Shown here piece after piece: positions 7,790 through 17,642 of a DNA stretch of 24,000 bases. A program made the translations under genes and the position numbers. Positions within the stretch are counted from its first letter, which is position 1. Each line of letters begins with the position of its first letter. The DNA comes from Azospirillum ramasamyi (lineage in GTDB: Bacteria; Pseudomonadota; Alphaproteobacteria; Azospirillales; Azospirillaceae), in contig NZ_CP029829.1 in the NCBI RefSeq assembly GCF_003233655.1, forward strand, positions 544,978 to 568,977, given 5' to 3'. The notes under the pieces were generated by a model. That model was not told the origin of the DNA. It saw only the letters and a list, made by a program, of their open reading frames with translations, and did no database searches.

Positions 7790-9103
7790 CTACCGCCGTT
7801 CGCCCAGAGCCTCCGTCGCGACGACGATGCGCAGCGCCAGCTCTTCCACCGCCTCGTCGCGGTCCATGTCGTAGAGCAACTGCGCCAGCAGCCGGCCGCG
7901 CGCCATCAGGCGGCGGGCCAAAGCCGGATCGGCGGGCTTGGCCAGCAGCGCCTCGACCAGCCGTTCGCCGGTCAGGCGGGCCAGGGCGTCGCAGCGGTCG
8001 ACCAGCCGCTGCTTCAGCGTGTCCACGGCGGCAGGGCGGCCGGCATGGGTCAGGTCGGCGCAGAAATGGTGCAGGCTGCGCAGCTGGCGCAGCAGGGCGG
8101 CGAACAGAAGGTCGTCCAGATCGCCGCCGGCCGCGGCCTTGCCGACAAGATCGAACAATGTGTCGGAAAGCCGCCATGCCGCCGACAGCCAGTCGTTCAT
8201 CGCCTTGCGGTCGGCCGGCTCGACGAAGGGGCCGGACTCCTCCTTCGTCTCCTCCTGGTCGTCCAGGTTGCGAAGCGCGATGACGATCAGCCCATCGGCC
8301 TGGGCAAGGGTGGCGAGGCTGGCATGAAGCGCCTTCAGCCCTCGGTCGGCGACGAACCCTTCGATCGCCTCGGTGGCGCGGTACAGGGAGTAGCGGGCAA
8401 GCCGGCGCGACTGATAGACGACATCCTGCAACGCACTGCCGCCGCCCAGCGCCTCCAGCATCATCCGCCGCACCTCGAAGCGCAGCAGGGCGCGGGCCAG
8501 CCGGTCGATGCCGCCGACGTCGATGGGGCGGCGGTCCCTGGTCAGCACGTCGGCGGTGGCGCGGGCGTCGCTCTCGATGGCGCCGATCACCGCCTGGAGA
8601 TGCCCCTTGCCGCCGCCGCGCATCCGGCTGACCAGCCCCCGCATCGCCTCGGCAAGGTCGATGGCGCTGGGCAGGCTTTCCTCATGGGCGGTGCGGCCGG
8701 TCACCAGCCGGTCGATCAGATGGTCGCGCACCCCCGGCAGCAGCACGTCGGTGACGATCTGCCCGATCGGCCGCAGCAGCGCCTCCAGAAGCCGGCCCGG
8801 CGGCTGACCGGCCAGTCCCGGCAGCGGATTGATCGGCTTGGGCACCAGCCTTGGCCGGTGCGGCTCCAGCAACTCCAGCACCGCGTCGCCGCGCAGGGGG
8901 GTGATGTTGCCGCGCAGAAGCTGGGCGAGGCGCAGGACCGTCCGCGCCTCGCCGATGCCGCGCGGCGGGAGACCGTCGGGTTCCGCCGGGGCGGCGGCTG
9001 CGGGCTGGGGAGGGGAGGGCGGCGTCCGGACAGGCGTCGGCGTGGCCACCGGCGGGGTGCGCCGGCGCCGACTGTCGTCGTACTTGGTCGGCCAGAAGGC
9101 CAT
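7790..9103 (-). CDS. Hypothetical protein, 437 aa, no family recognised
   Basis: Reverse-strand ORF with strongly G/C-ending codons (ATG GCC TTC TGG CCG ACC AAG TAC GAC GAC ...) and normal amino-acid composition. The overlapping 592-aa forward ORF is Q/G/H/R-rich and runs into nifH, so it is a shadow frame. The start codon is not certain because the SD is weak. Confidence 0.75.
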   Translation of the reverse strand: MAFWPTKYDDSRRRRTPPVATPTPVRTPPSPPQPAAAAPAEPDGLPPRGIGEARTVLRLAQLLRGNITPLRGDAVLELLEPHRPRLVPKPINPLPGLAGQPPGRLLEALLRPIGQIVTDVLLPGVRDHLIDRLVTGRTAHEESLPSAIDLAEAMRGLVSRMRGGGKGHLQAVIGAIESDARATADVLTRDRRPIDVGGIDRLARALLRFEVRRMMLEALGGGSALQDVVYQSRRLARYSLYRATEAIEGFVADRGLKALHASLATLAQADGLIVIALRNLDDQEETKEESGPFVEPADRKAMNDWLSAAWRLSDTLFDLVGKAAAGGDLDDLLFAALLRQLRSLHHFCADLTHAGRPAAVDTLKQRLVDRCDALARLTGERLVEALLAKPADPALARRLMARGRLLAQLLYDMDRDEAVEELALRIVVATEALGERR

Positions 9104-9295
9104 TCGGGTGCCGCCGGATCATGAGCGTCGCTGTACTGAGTATGGGGACGGAGCGTCCGGCTTCAAACGGACAATCTTGCGACATGGGGCGTTGAGCCCT
9201 CCGCGCCTCTCTGCCGGCCTCCTGGCGGTTGCGTTGCTCAAGGCTTGGCACGCGCGCGTTTATACAATATCCATACTTGAATTAATGATATTCGG

Positions 9296-10201
9296 ATGGG
9301 GCGGACCGGCGTGGTGGATGGGGTGACGACACAGGATGAATCCGGCCGGAAGACGGAGCCCGATTCGCCCCCCGATTCCCCGCTGGCCCTTCGCGTCCAC
9401 CGCACCAACCTCGTCAACATCCCGGCCGCCACGCTGTGCGGCGAAGCCTACAACGACGAGCCGCGGCGCCTGCGCATCGGCGCCACCCGCAGCGAGCACG
9501 CGGCATTGTTCGAGGCGCTGGACGAAAGCCCCGACGCGCTGACCGCGTCGGACGTCTTCCAGCGCCATATGGCCGAGGTGTTCGGGGTGAATCCCGACTT
9601 CTCCGGGGCGGAGGGGCCGGACGGCAAGCGCCGTTTCCGTGCCAGCTACCTGCGCCTGCTGAAGGGCTGGATGTTCGACAGCAACCGGGCGGTAGGCGCG
9701 GTGATGAAGGGATGGGTGGAGAGCCGGTTCGGTCTGCTGCCGACCTTCCACGGCGAACCGATCCACCGCTTCACCTCCGATGCCTGGGCCGCCTATGGCG
9801 AGCAGAAGCAGTCGACCCGCTTCCACAACAACAACATCCACCTGCAGCTCGACCTTCTGTACGAGTTCTGCCAATGGACCATCCGTCGCGGCTGGCCCGA
9901 TGCGCCGATGCCCAACTGGGCTTCGCACATCCGGCTGTACCGCGGCGTCAACGATTTCGAGGAACACCACATCGTCGCGCGGCCGGACCGGCGCACGGCG
10001 GTGCTGCGGCTGAACAACCTGTGTTCCTTTTCCATCGACCGCGACATCGCCGGCCAGTTCGGCGACTACATCCTCGACGCCTGGGTGCCGCTGCCCAAGG
10101 TCGTCTTCTTCCGCGACATCCTGCCGCGCTACCCTTTCCAGGGCGAAGGGGAGTATCTGGTGATCGGCGGGGATTACCGGGTGGGTGTGTCGCTTCTCTG
10201 A
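9296..10201 (+). CDS. draT: Dinitrogenase reductase ADP-ribosyltransferase DraT
   Basis: HRTNLVNIPAATL, NNNIHLQLDLLYEFCQW, and an R ... SxS ... ExE pattern (LYRGV, CSFSID, QGEGEYLV) are as expected for an arginine-specific ADP-ribosyltransferase. It is divergent from nifH and directly upstream of draG. The start is uncertain: no SD precedes ATG 9296, and in-frame GTGs lie at 9311-9323. Confidence 0.88.
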   Translation: MGRTGVVDGVTTQDESGRKTEPDSPPDSPLALRVHRTNLVNIPAATLCGEAYNDEPRRLRIGATRSEHAALFEALDESPDALTASDVFQRHMAEVFGVNPDFSGAEGPDGKRRFRASYLRLLKGWMFDSNRAVGAVMKGWVESRFGLLPTFHGEPIHRFTSDAWAAYGEQKQSTRFHNNNIHLQLDLLYEFCQWTIRRGWPDAPMPNWASHIRLYRGVNDFEEHHIVARPDRRTAVLRLNNLCSFSIDRDIAGQFGDYILDAWVPLPKVVFFRDILPRYPFQGEGEYLVIGGDYRVGVSLL

Positions 10202-10278
10202 CAACCTCACGTCCGGCGGCGGCCTGACGGCCGGTTCACCGGGCGCACCAGGAAAGGGCGGGCATTTCGCCCCATGGC

Positions 10279-11187
10279 ATGACGGATCCTACGACTCTGA
10301 CGGCCGAAATACGGTCCAGGGCGCTCGGCGCCTATCTCGGCCTCGCCTGCGGCGATGCGCTGGGGGCGACGGTGGAGTTCCTGACCAAGGGCGAGATCGC
10401 CCACCAGTATGGTGTCCACAAGCACATCAAGGGCGGCGGCTGGCTGAAGCTGACGGCCGGGCAGGTGACCGACGACACGGAGATGTCGCTGCATCTCGGC
10501 CGCGCCATCCTGTCGGGCCCGGAGTGGGAGGCCCACCGCGCCGCGGAGGAGTTCGCGCTCTGGCTGAAATCGGTGCCGGTCGATGTCGGCGACACGACCC
10601 GCCGCGGCATCCGCCGCTTCATCATGCGCGGCACGCTGGATGAGCCGGAATCGGAGTACCACGCCGGCAACGGCGCTGCGATGCGCAACCTGCCGGTGGC
10701 GCTGGCGACGCTGGGCGACGACGCGGCGTTCGAGCGCTGGTCGGTGGAACAGTCGCACATCACCCATTGCAACGGGCTGTCCGATTCCGCGGTGATCGCT
10801 CTGGGCCGGATGGTGCGGCGGCTGGTGCTGGGCGGCGGCGTCCTCGCCGCGCGGGAGGAGGCGAACGCCCTGATCGCCAGGCACCGGCAGTTCAAGTTCC
10901 AACCCTACCGCGGGCTGTCGACGGCGTTCGTGGTCGATACGGTGCAGACCGTCTTCCACTATTACTTCCAAACCGATTCGGTCGAATCCTGCGTGGTGGA
11001 GACGGTGAACCAGGGCGGCGACGCCGACACGACCGGCGCCATCGCCGGCATGCTGGCCGGCGCGACCTATGGCGTCGAATCGATACCGCCGCGCTGGCTG
11101 CGCAAGCTGGACCGCAAGGTCCACGACGAGATTTGTCAGCAAACCGACGCGCTGCTGGCCCGTGCGCCGCTGTTCCAGGGGAGATGA
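10279..11187 (+). CDS. draG: ADP-ribosyl-[dinitrogenase reductase] glycohydrolase DraG
   Basis: 302 aa. ALGAYLGLACGDALGATVEF, VTDDTEMS and NQGGDADTTGAIAGMLAGATYG are ADP-ribosylglycohydrolase metal-site motifs. It follows draT after 77 nt. Confidence 0.95.
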   Translation: MTDPTTLTAEIRSRALGAYLGLACGDALGATVEFLTKGEIAHQYGVHKHIKGGGWLKLTAGQVTDDTEMSLHLGRAILSGPEWEAHRAAEEFALWLKSVPVDVGDTTRRGIRRFIMRGTLDEPESEYHAGNGAAMRNLPVALATLGDDAAFERWSVEQSHITHCNGLSDSAVIALGRMVRRLVLGGGVLAAREEANALIARHRQFKFQPYRGLSTAFVVDTVQTVFHYYFQTDSVESCVVETVNQGGDADTTGAIAGMLAGATYGVESIPPRWLRKLDRKVHDEICQQTDALLARAPLFQGR

Positions 11188-11190
11188 GCG

Positions 11191-11610
11191 ATGGCTGATG
11201 TGGTGTTCTACGAAAAACCCGGCTGCGGCGGCAACGCCCGCCAGAAGGTACTGCTGGAGCAGGCCGGCCACCGCGTGTTCGCCCGTGACCTGTTGAGCGA
11301 GCCCTGGACGCCCGAGACGCTCCGTCCCTTCTTCGGCGACCGCCCGGTGGCGGACTGGTTCAACCGTGCCGCCTCCGCGGTCAAGAGCGGCGAGGTGGTG
11401 CCGGAGGCGCTGGACGAGGCCGCTGCGTTGGCCGCGATGGTCGAACGGCCGCTGCTGATCCGCCGCCCGCTGATGCAGGTCGGCGACCGCCGCGACTGCG
11501 GATTCGAGACCGGCCGGGTCGATGCCTGGATCGGGCTGGGCGAAGCCGGGACCGAAGGGAAGATGGAGGGCTGCCTGCGGCCGGACATGCCGCCCTGTCC
11601 GAAGCCGTGA
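11191..11610 (+). CDS. ArsC/Spx-family nitrogenase-associated protein
   Basis: 139 aa. The N-terminus [24 protein letters not shown] has the ArsC/Spx thioredoxin-like pattern with a single N-terminal Cys. The ATG lies 3 nt after the draG stop, with GGGGAGA overlapping the end of draG. Confidence 0.8.
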   Translation: MADVVFYEKPGCGGNARQKVLLEQAGHRVFARDLLSEPWTPETLRPFFGDRPVADWFNRAASAVKSGEVVPEALDEAAALAAMVERPLLIRRPLMQVGDRRDCGFETGRVDAWIGLGEAGTEGKMEGCLRPDMPPCPKP

Positions 11611-11725
11611 GCCGTCAAACCCTGACGTGCATGAAGGGCGCGGGCCATGTCAACGCGTGACCTCGCCCGCCTCCTGTCGTAGCTTGTCGCCCCCAAGGCG
11701 ACGACCAGCGGCAGACGAGGACATC

Positions 11726-12496
11726 ATGTGCGAACTCCTGGGCATGAGCGCCAACGTGCCCACGGACATCTGCTTCAGCTTCGCCGGGCTGATGCGCCGC
11801 GGCGGACAGACCGGGCCGCACCGCGACGGCTGGGGCATCGCCTTCTACGAAGGCAAGGGCTGCCGCACCTTCCACGATCCGGCCCCCAGTGCCGAATCGG
11901 AGATCGCCCGGCTGGTCAGCCAATATTCGATCAAGTCCTGTACGGTGATCTCCCACATCCGCCGGGCCAACCGCGGCCGGGTGTCGCTGGAGAACACCCA
12001 TCCCTTCACCCGCGAACTTTGGGGCCGGGTGTGGACCTTCGCCCACAATGGCCAGCTGAAGGGCATCAAGGACCGTGTGTTGACCTTCTACGAGCCGGTC
12101 GGCAGCACCGACAGCGAACATGCCTTCTGCTGGCTGCTCGACCAGATCCGCATGCAGTATCCCGAGCCGCCGAAGACCACCGCCGGCCTGATGAGGCTGA
12201 TCCGCCATCTCGCCGCCGATCTGGGCACGCTGGGCGTGTTCAACATGCTGCTCAGCGACGGGCGGTATCTGTGGTGCCACTGCGCCACCAACCTCGCCTG
12301 GCTGACCCGCAAGGCGCCGTTCGGCGCCGCCACGCTGGTCGATGCCGACATGAGCGTCGATTTCTCCAAGGAGACGACGCCCAACGACGTCGTCACCGTC
12401 ATCGCCACCCGGCCGCTGACCAGGGACGAGGCCTGGACGGTGATGCAGCCGGGGCAGATGGCGGTCTTCCGCGGCGGGGCGCTGGTGACGCGCTGA
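11726..12496 (+). CDS. Class II (Ntn-type) glutamine amidotransferase, YafJ-like
   Basis: Start set at the internal ATG giving [12 protein letters not shown] (nucleophile Cys2), with GAGG 8 nt upstream. Downstream come [18 protein letters not shown] and [19 protein letters not shown]. The 68-codon upstream extension in the track has no support. Confidence 0.85.
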   Translation: MCELLGMSANVPTDICFSFAGLMRRGGQTGPHRDGWGIAFYEGKGCRTFHDPAPSAESEIARLVSQYSIKSCTVISHIRRANRGRVSLENTHPFTRELWGRVWTFAHNGQLKGIKDRVLTFYEPVGSTDSEHAFCWLLDQIRMQYPEPPKTTAGLMRLIRHLAADLGTLGVFNMLLSDGRYLWCHCATNLAWLTRKAPFGAATLVDADMSVDFSKETTPNDVVTVIATRPLTRDEAWTVMQPGQMAVFRGGALVTR

Positions 12497-12644
12497 GCCG
12501 GGCGCATCCGGGCCGATTGTTGCTTTCCCGGAGACGATCTTTCGCGCAGAGTCCGGCTTAACCGCCGGATAACAAAGGAGCATCTTGGGCCTCAGAAACC
12601 GGCCGGTCTCATACGGCCGCAACAACCAAGAGGCTCCTTCCGTC

Positions 12645-13268
12645 ATGACCACGATCCTGCACGTCGACTCCAGCCCGCTCGGCACCGCCTCCGTCACCCG
12701 CCAGCTGACCGCCTCCATTGTCGAGGCGCTGGTGAAGGCCGAGCCGGCGGCCACCGTCGTCACCCGCGACGTCGCCGCCAACCCGCCGGCCCATCTGGAC
12801 GGCGAGTTGCTGCAGGTCGTCAAGCTCGGCGCCGTCGAGGGGCTGAGCCCGCGTCAGAGCGAAGAGCTGGCCCTGACCAACACCCTGCTCGACGAGTTCC
12901 TGGCTGCCGACGTCGTCGTGATCGGCGCGCCGATGTACAACTTTGCCATCCCGACCCAGCTGAAGGCCTGGATCGACCGCCTCGCCCAGGCCGGCCGCAC
13001 CTTCCGCTACACCGAGAAGGGGCCCGAGGGTCTGGCCGGCGGCAAGCGCGTGATCGTGGCGTCCGGCCGCGGCGGCGTCTATTCGAGCAACCCGGCGCTG
13101 GCCGGCCTCGACCACCAGGAAGCCTACCTGCGCACGGTGTTCGGCTTCTTCGGCATCACCGACGTGACCTTCATCCGCGCCGAGGGTGTCAGCATGGGGC
13201 CGGAGGCCAAGGACAAGGCGCTGGCGGGCGCCGCGAAGGAGATCGAAGGGCTGCTGGTGGCCGCCTGA
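12645..13268 (+). CDS. azoR: FMN-dependent NADH:quinone oxidoreductase / azoreductase
   Basis: MTTILHVDSSPLGTASVTRQL and VVIGAPMYNFAIPTQLKAWIDR are characteristic of AzoR. Internal ATG chosen, with AAGAGG upstream. Confidence 0.85.
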   Translation: MTTILHVDSSPLGTASVTRQLTASIVEALVKAEPAATVVTRDVAANPPAHLDGELLQVVKLGAVEGLSPRQSEELALTNTLLDEFLAADVVVIGAPMYNFAIPTQLKAWIDRLAQAGRTFRYTEKGPEGLAGGKRVIVASGRGGVYSSNPALAGLDHQEAYLRTVFGFFGITDVTFIRAEGVSMGPEAKDKALAGAAKEIEGLLVAA

Positions 13269-13275
13269 GGTTGAC

Positions 13276-13298
13276 GGGGCGGGTGCCACACCCGCCCC
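13276..13298. terminator. Hairpin between convergent azoR and amn (possible bidirectional terminator)
   Basis: GGGGCGGG - 7-nt loop - CCCGCCCC, followed by ATTT on the forward strand. It begins 8 nt after the azoR stop and ends 6 nt before the amn stop. Confidence 0.5.
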
Positions 13299-13303
13299 AT
13301 TTC

Positions 13304-14812
13304 CTACTGGAACGCCACCTCCGCCAGGCTGCGCAGCTTGCGGGAGTGCAGCGTTTCCATCCCGTGCTCGCGCAGCAACTCCATCGCCAGCACGCCGATC
13401 TTCAGATGCTGGTCGACCCGCTCGCGGTAGAAGCGGTCGGCCATGCCCGGCAGTTTCAACTGCCCGTGCATCGGCTTGTCCGACACGCACAGCAACGTCC
13501 CGTACGGCACGCGGAAGCGGAAGCCGTTGGCGGCGATCGTCGCGCTTTCCATGTCCAGCGCGATGGCGCGGCTCTGGCTGAAGCGCATCAGCGGCTCGCG
13601 GTGGTCGCGCAGTTCCCAGTTCCGGTTGTCGATGGTGGCGACCGTGCCGGTGCGCATGATGCTTTTCAGGTCGAAACCCGACAGCCCGGTCACCCGCTCC
13701 ACCGCCGTCTCCAGCGCGCGCTGCACCTCGGCCAATGCCGGCACCGGCACCCACAGCGGCAAATCGGCGTCCAGCACATGGTCCTCGCGGACATAGCCGT
13801 GGGCCAGCACATAGTCGCCCAGCCGCTGGGTCTGCCGCAGCCCGGCGCAGTGGCCCAGCATCAGCCACGCATGCGGGCGCAGCACCGCGATGTGGTCGGT
13901 GATGGTCTTGGCGTTCGACGGCCCGACGCCGATGTTGACCAGGGTGATGCCGTTGCCGTCCGGCCGCTTCAGGTGATAGGCCGGCATCTGCGGCATGCGC
14001 ATCAGCCGCGGGGCGGGGACGTCAGCGATACCGCCCAGATTCTGGTTGGTGGTGACGATGTCGCCCGGCTCGACGAAGCTGTCGTACTGGCTGCGGTAGG
14101 CGGCCAGATCGGCGTCGCCGGCCGGCTCCATGATCTCGCGCGACAGCCGGATGAACTCGTCCACATAGAACTGGTAGTTGGTGAACAGGACGAAGTTCTG
14201 GAAATGCTCCGGCGCGGTCGCGGTATAGTGGCGCAGCCGGTGCAGCGAGAAATCCACCCGCGGCGCCGTGAACAGCGCCAGCGGCTTCACCGCGTCCGGC
14301 CCGCCGTCGAAGGTGCCGTTGACGATGGTGTCGTCCATCCGCGCCAGATCGGGCAGGTCGAACAGGTCCGGCAGCTTGGTCAGCCGGTCGGGCGGCAGGT
14401 CGCCCTCGACATACATGCCGTGGGGGAAGGCGAAATGGATCGGGATCGGTTCCTCGCTGACGCCGACCTCCAGCGGAACGCCGTGGTTGCGCAGCAGCAG
14501 CGTGAACTGTTCCAGCAGATAGCGTTCGAACAGGTCCGGCCGCGTCACCGTGGTGGAATGGACGCCCACCCCCTCGACGAAGCCGTAGGACAGCCGGGTA
14601 TCGACCCCGGCGCCGGATACGGCGGTCATCCGCACATAGGGGTAGCAGGCCCGGTTCCGCCCGCCTTCCTCCTCGCCCTGGGTGTAGGCGGCGAAGCGGT
14701 CGCGCAGGAAGGCGGTGTTGCGCTCGTAAATGTCGCGCACGCAGGCCAGCGCGGCTTTGGCATCGGTGAAGCGCCCGGCCGACCCGGGCTGGAGCGGGGC
14801 TTTATCGGTCAT
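13304..14812 (-). CDS. amn: AMP nucleosidase
   Basis: RVDFSLHRLRHYTATAPEHFQNFVLFTNYQFYVDEF, GITLVNIGVGPSNAKTITDHIAVLRP and MESATIAANGFRFRVPYGTLLCVSDKP closely resemble E. coli Amn as I remember it. ATG 14812 chosen because the 21 upstream codons have poor GC3. Confidence 0.9.
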   Translation of the reverse strand: MTDKAPLQPGSAGRFTDAKAALACVRDIYERNTAFLRDRFAAYTQGEEEGGRNRACYPYVRMTAVSGAGVDTRLSYGFVEGVGVHSTTVTRPDLFERYLLEQFTLLLRNHGVPLEVGVSEEPIPIHFAFPHGMYVEGDLPPDRLTKLPDLFDLPDLARMDDTIVNGTFDGGPDAVKPLALFTAPRVDFSLHRLRHYTATAPEHFQNFVLFTNYQFYVDEFIRLSREIMEPAGDADLAAYRSQYDSFVEPGDIVTTNQNLGGIADVPAPRLMRMPQMPAYHLKRPDGNGITLVNIGVGPSNAKTITDHIAVLRPHAWLMLGHCAGLRQTQRLGDYVLAHGYVREDHVLDADLPLWVPVPALAEVQRALETAVERVTGLSGFDLKSIMRTGTVATIDNRNWELRDHREPLMRFSQSRAIALDMESATIAANGFRFRVPYGTLLCVSDKPMHGQLKLPGMADRFYRERVDQHLKIGVLAMELLREHGMETLHSRKLRSLAEVAFQ

Positions 14813-14848
14813 GTCGTCGAAGATGGGGTACGAATGACCGGCTGGGAA

Positions 14849-14863
14849 GGCCGAATTTCGGCC
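14849..14863 (-). terminator. Weak hairpin downstream of ftsY
   Basis: GGCCGAAATTCGGCC palindrome followed by TTCCC on the reverse strand. The U-tract is poor, so any terminator function is doubtful. Confidence 0.25.
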
Positions 14864-14911
14864 AATCCCCAGCACTTATCCCTTCGGGGGATGACGATAT
14901 GCCCCCTCCGG

Positions 14912-16348
<1,437 letters not shown>

Positions 16349-16370
16349 GGAGTGTCCACTATGAGAGGGG

Positions 16371-17642
16371 TCAGAGCGGGGTGCCGGTCAGCACGCCGTC
16401 CTTGATGCCGGTGACGGCGGCGGGCACCAGCGAGCCGGGCGGAAAGGGCCGGCCCAGGCGGATCGCGGCGAAATGCTCGGTGCGGCCCAGGTCGTCCTTT
16501 TCCACCAGCACGGTGACGGTGCGGCCGACGAGTCCCGCCAGGGTGCGGGCTTCCGCCGCCTCGCCGACGGCGCGCAGGCGGGCGGCGCGCTCCTTGCGGA
16601 CGGCGCCGTCGACCTGCGGCATGCGGGCGGCCGGCGTGCCGGGACGCGGGCTGTAGGGGAAGACATGCAGCCAGGTCAGGCCGCATTCCTCCACCAGCCG
16701 CATGGTGTTCTGGAACATCTCCTCGGTCTCCGTCGGGAAACCGGCGATGAAATCGGCGCCGAACACCACGTCGGGCCGGATCGAGCGCACCCGCTCGCAG
16801 AAGGCGATGGAATCGGCGCGGCCATGGCGGCGCTTCATCCGCTTCAGCACCATGTCGTCGCCGGCCTGCAGGGACAGGTGCAGGTGCGGCATCAGGCGCG
16901 GCTCGTTTTCGAGCAGGCGCCAGAGGTCGTCGTCCATCTCGATGCAGTCGATGGAGGACAGGCGCAGCCGCGGCAGTTCCGGCACCAGTGCCAGCAGCCG
17001 GCGCACCATCTGCCCCAGCGACGGCGAGCCCGGCAGGTCGGGGCCGTAGCTGGTGATGTCGACGCCGGACAGCACCACCTCGTTGTAGCCGGCCTTCACC
17101 AGCGCCTGGACCTGCTCGACGATGCCGCCGATGGGGACGGAGCGCGACGGCCCGCGGCCATAGGGGATGATGCAGAAGGTGCAGCGGTGGTCGCAGCCCT
17201 GCTGGACCTGGACGAAGGCGCGGGCACGGTCTTCGAACCCGCCGATCAGATGACCGGCGGTCTCCTTCACCGACATGATGTCGTTGACCAGCACCTTCTC
17301 GGCCGGCGGCAGGCCCCAGCTTTCCGGCTGCAGCTTTTCCTGGTTGCCCAGAACCTGATCGACCTCCGGCATCGCGGCGAAGCGCTGCGGGTCGATCTGG
17401 GCGGCGCAGCCGGTGACGACGATGCGGGCGTCCGGCCTCTCGCGCCGCAGCTTGCGGATGGTCTGCCGCGCCTGCCGCTCGGCTTCCGACGTCACGGCGC
17501 AGGTGTTGACGATCACCACGTCGTCCAGCCCGGCGCTGCGCACATGGTTGCGCATCACCTCGGACTCGTAGGTGTTCAGGCGGCAGCCGAAGGTGACGAT
17601 CTCGGGGCCGGTCTGCGTCGTGCTGTCGGTCGTATCGCTCAT
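16371..17642 (-). CDS. mtaB: MiaB-family radical SAM methylthiotransferase (MtaB-like)
   Basis: Start at ATG 17642 (MSDTTDSTTQTGPEIVTFGCRLN). Contains the radical SAM motif CDHRCTFCIIP and the N-terminal Cys triad contexts FGCRLN, NTCAVT and TGCAAQ. The 718-aa track ORF is this gene plus an out-of-frame read through dapF. Confidence 0.88.
   Translation of the reverse strand: MSDTTDSTTQTGPEIVTFGCRLNTYESEVMRNHVRSAGLDDVVIVNTCAVTSEAERQARQTIRKLRRERPDARIVVTGCAAQIDPQRFAAMPEVDQVLGNQEKLQPESWGLPPAEKVLVNDIMSVKETAGHLIGGFEDRARAFVQVQQGCDHRCTFCIIPYGRGPSRSVPIGGIVEQVQALVKAGYNEVVLSGVDITSYGPDLPGSPSLGQMVRRLLALVPELPRLRLSSIDCIEMDDDLWRLLENEPRLMPHLHLSLQAGDDMVLKRMKRRHGRADSIAFCERVRSIRPDVVFGADFIAGFPTETEEMFQNTMRLVEECGLTWLHVFPYSPRPGTPAARMPQVDGAVRKERAARLRAVGEAAEARTLAGLVGRTVTVLVEKDDLGRTEHFAAIRLGRPFPPGSLVPAAVTGIKDGVLTGTPL

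Noticed and set aside
9246-9262. TGGCAC on the forward strand upstream of draT, resembling a sigma54 -24 element
   Set aside because: No GC dinucleotide lies at the required GG-N10-GC spacing (the sequence is TGGCACGCGCGCGTTTA). It is therefore not a credible -24/-12 promoter. It may instead be part of a sigma70-like -35 (TTGGCA).
9260-11271. Reverse-strand ORFs of 316 aa (9260-10210) and 354 aa (10207-11271) opposite draT and draG
   Set aside because: The forward frames encode recognisable DraT and DraG, so these are shadow frames.
11685-11702. Short hairpin GTCGCC-CCCAA-GGCGAC between the ArsC-like gene and the amidotransferase gene
   Set aside because: The stem is only 6 bp and no U-tract follows. 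There is not enough evidence to call it a terminator.
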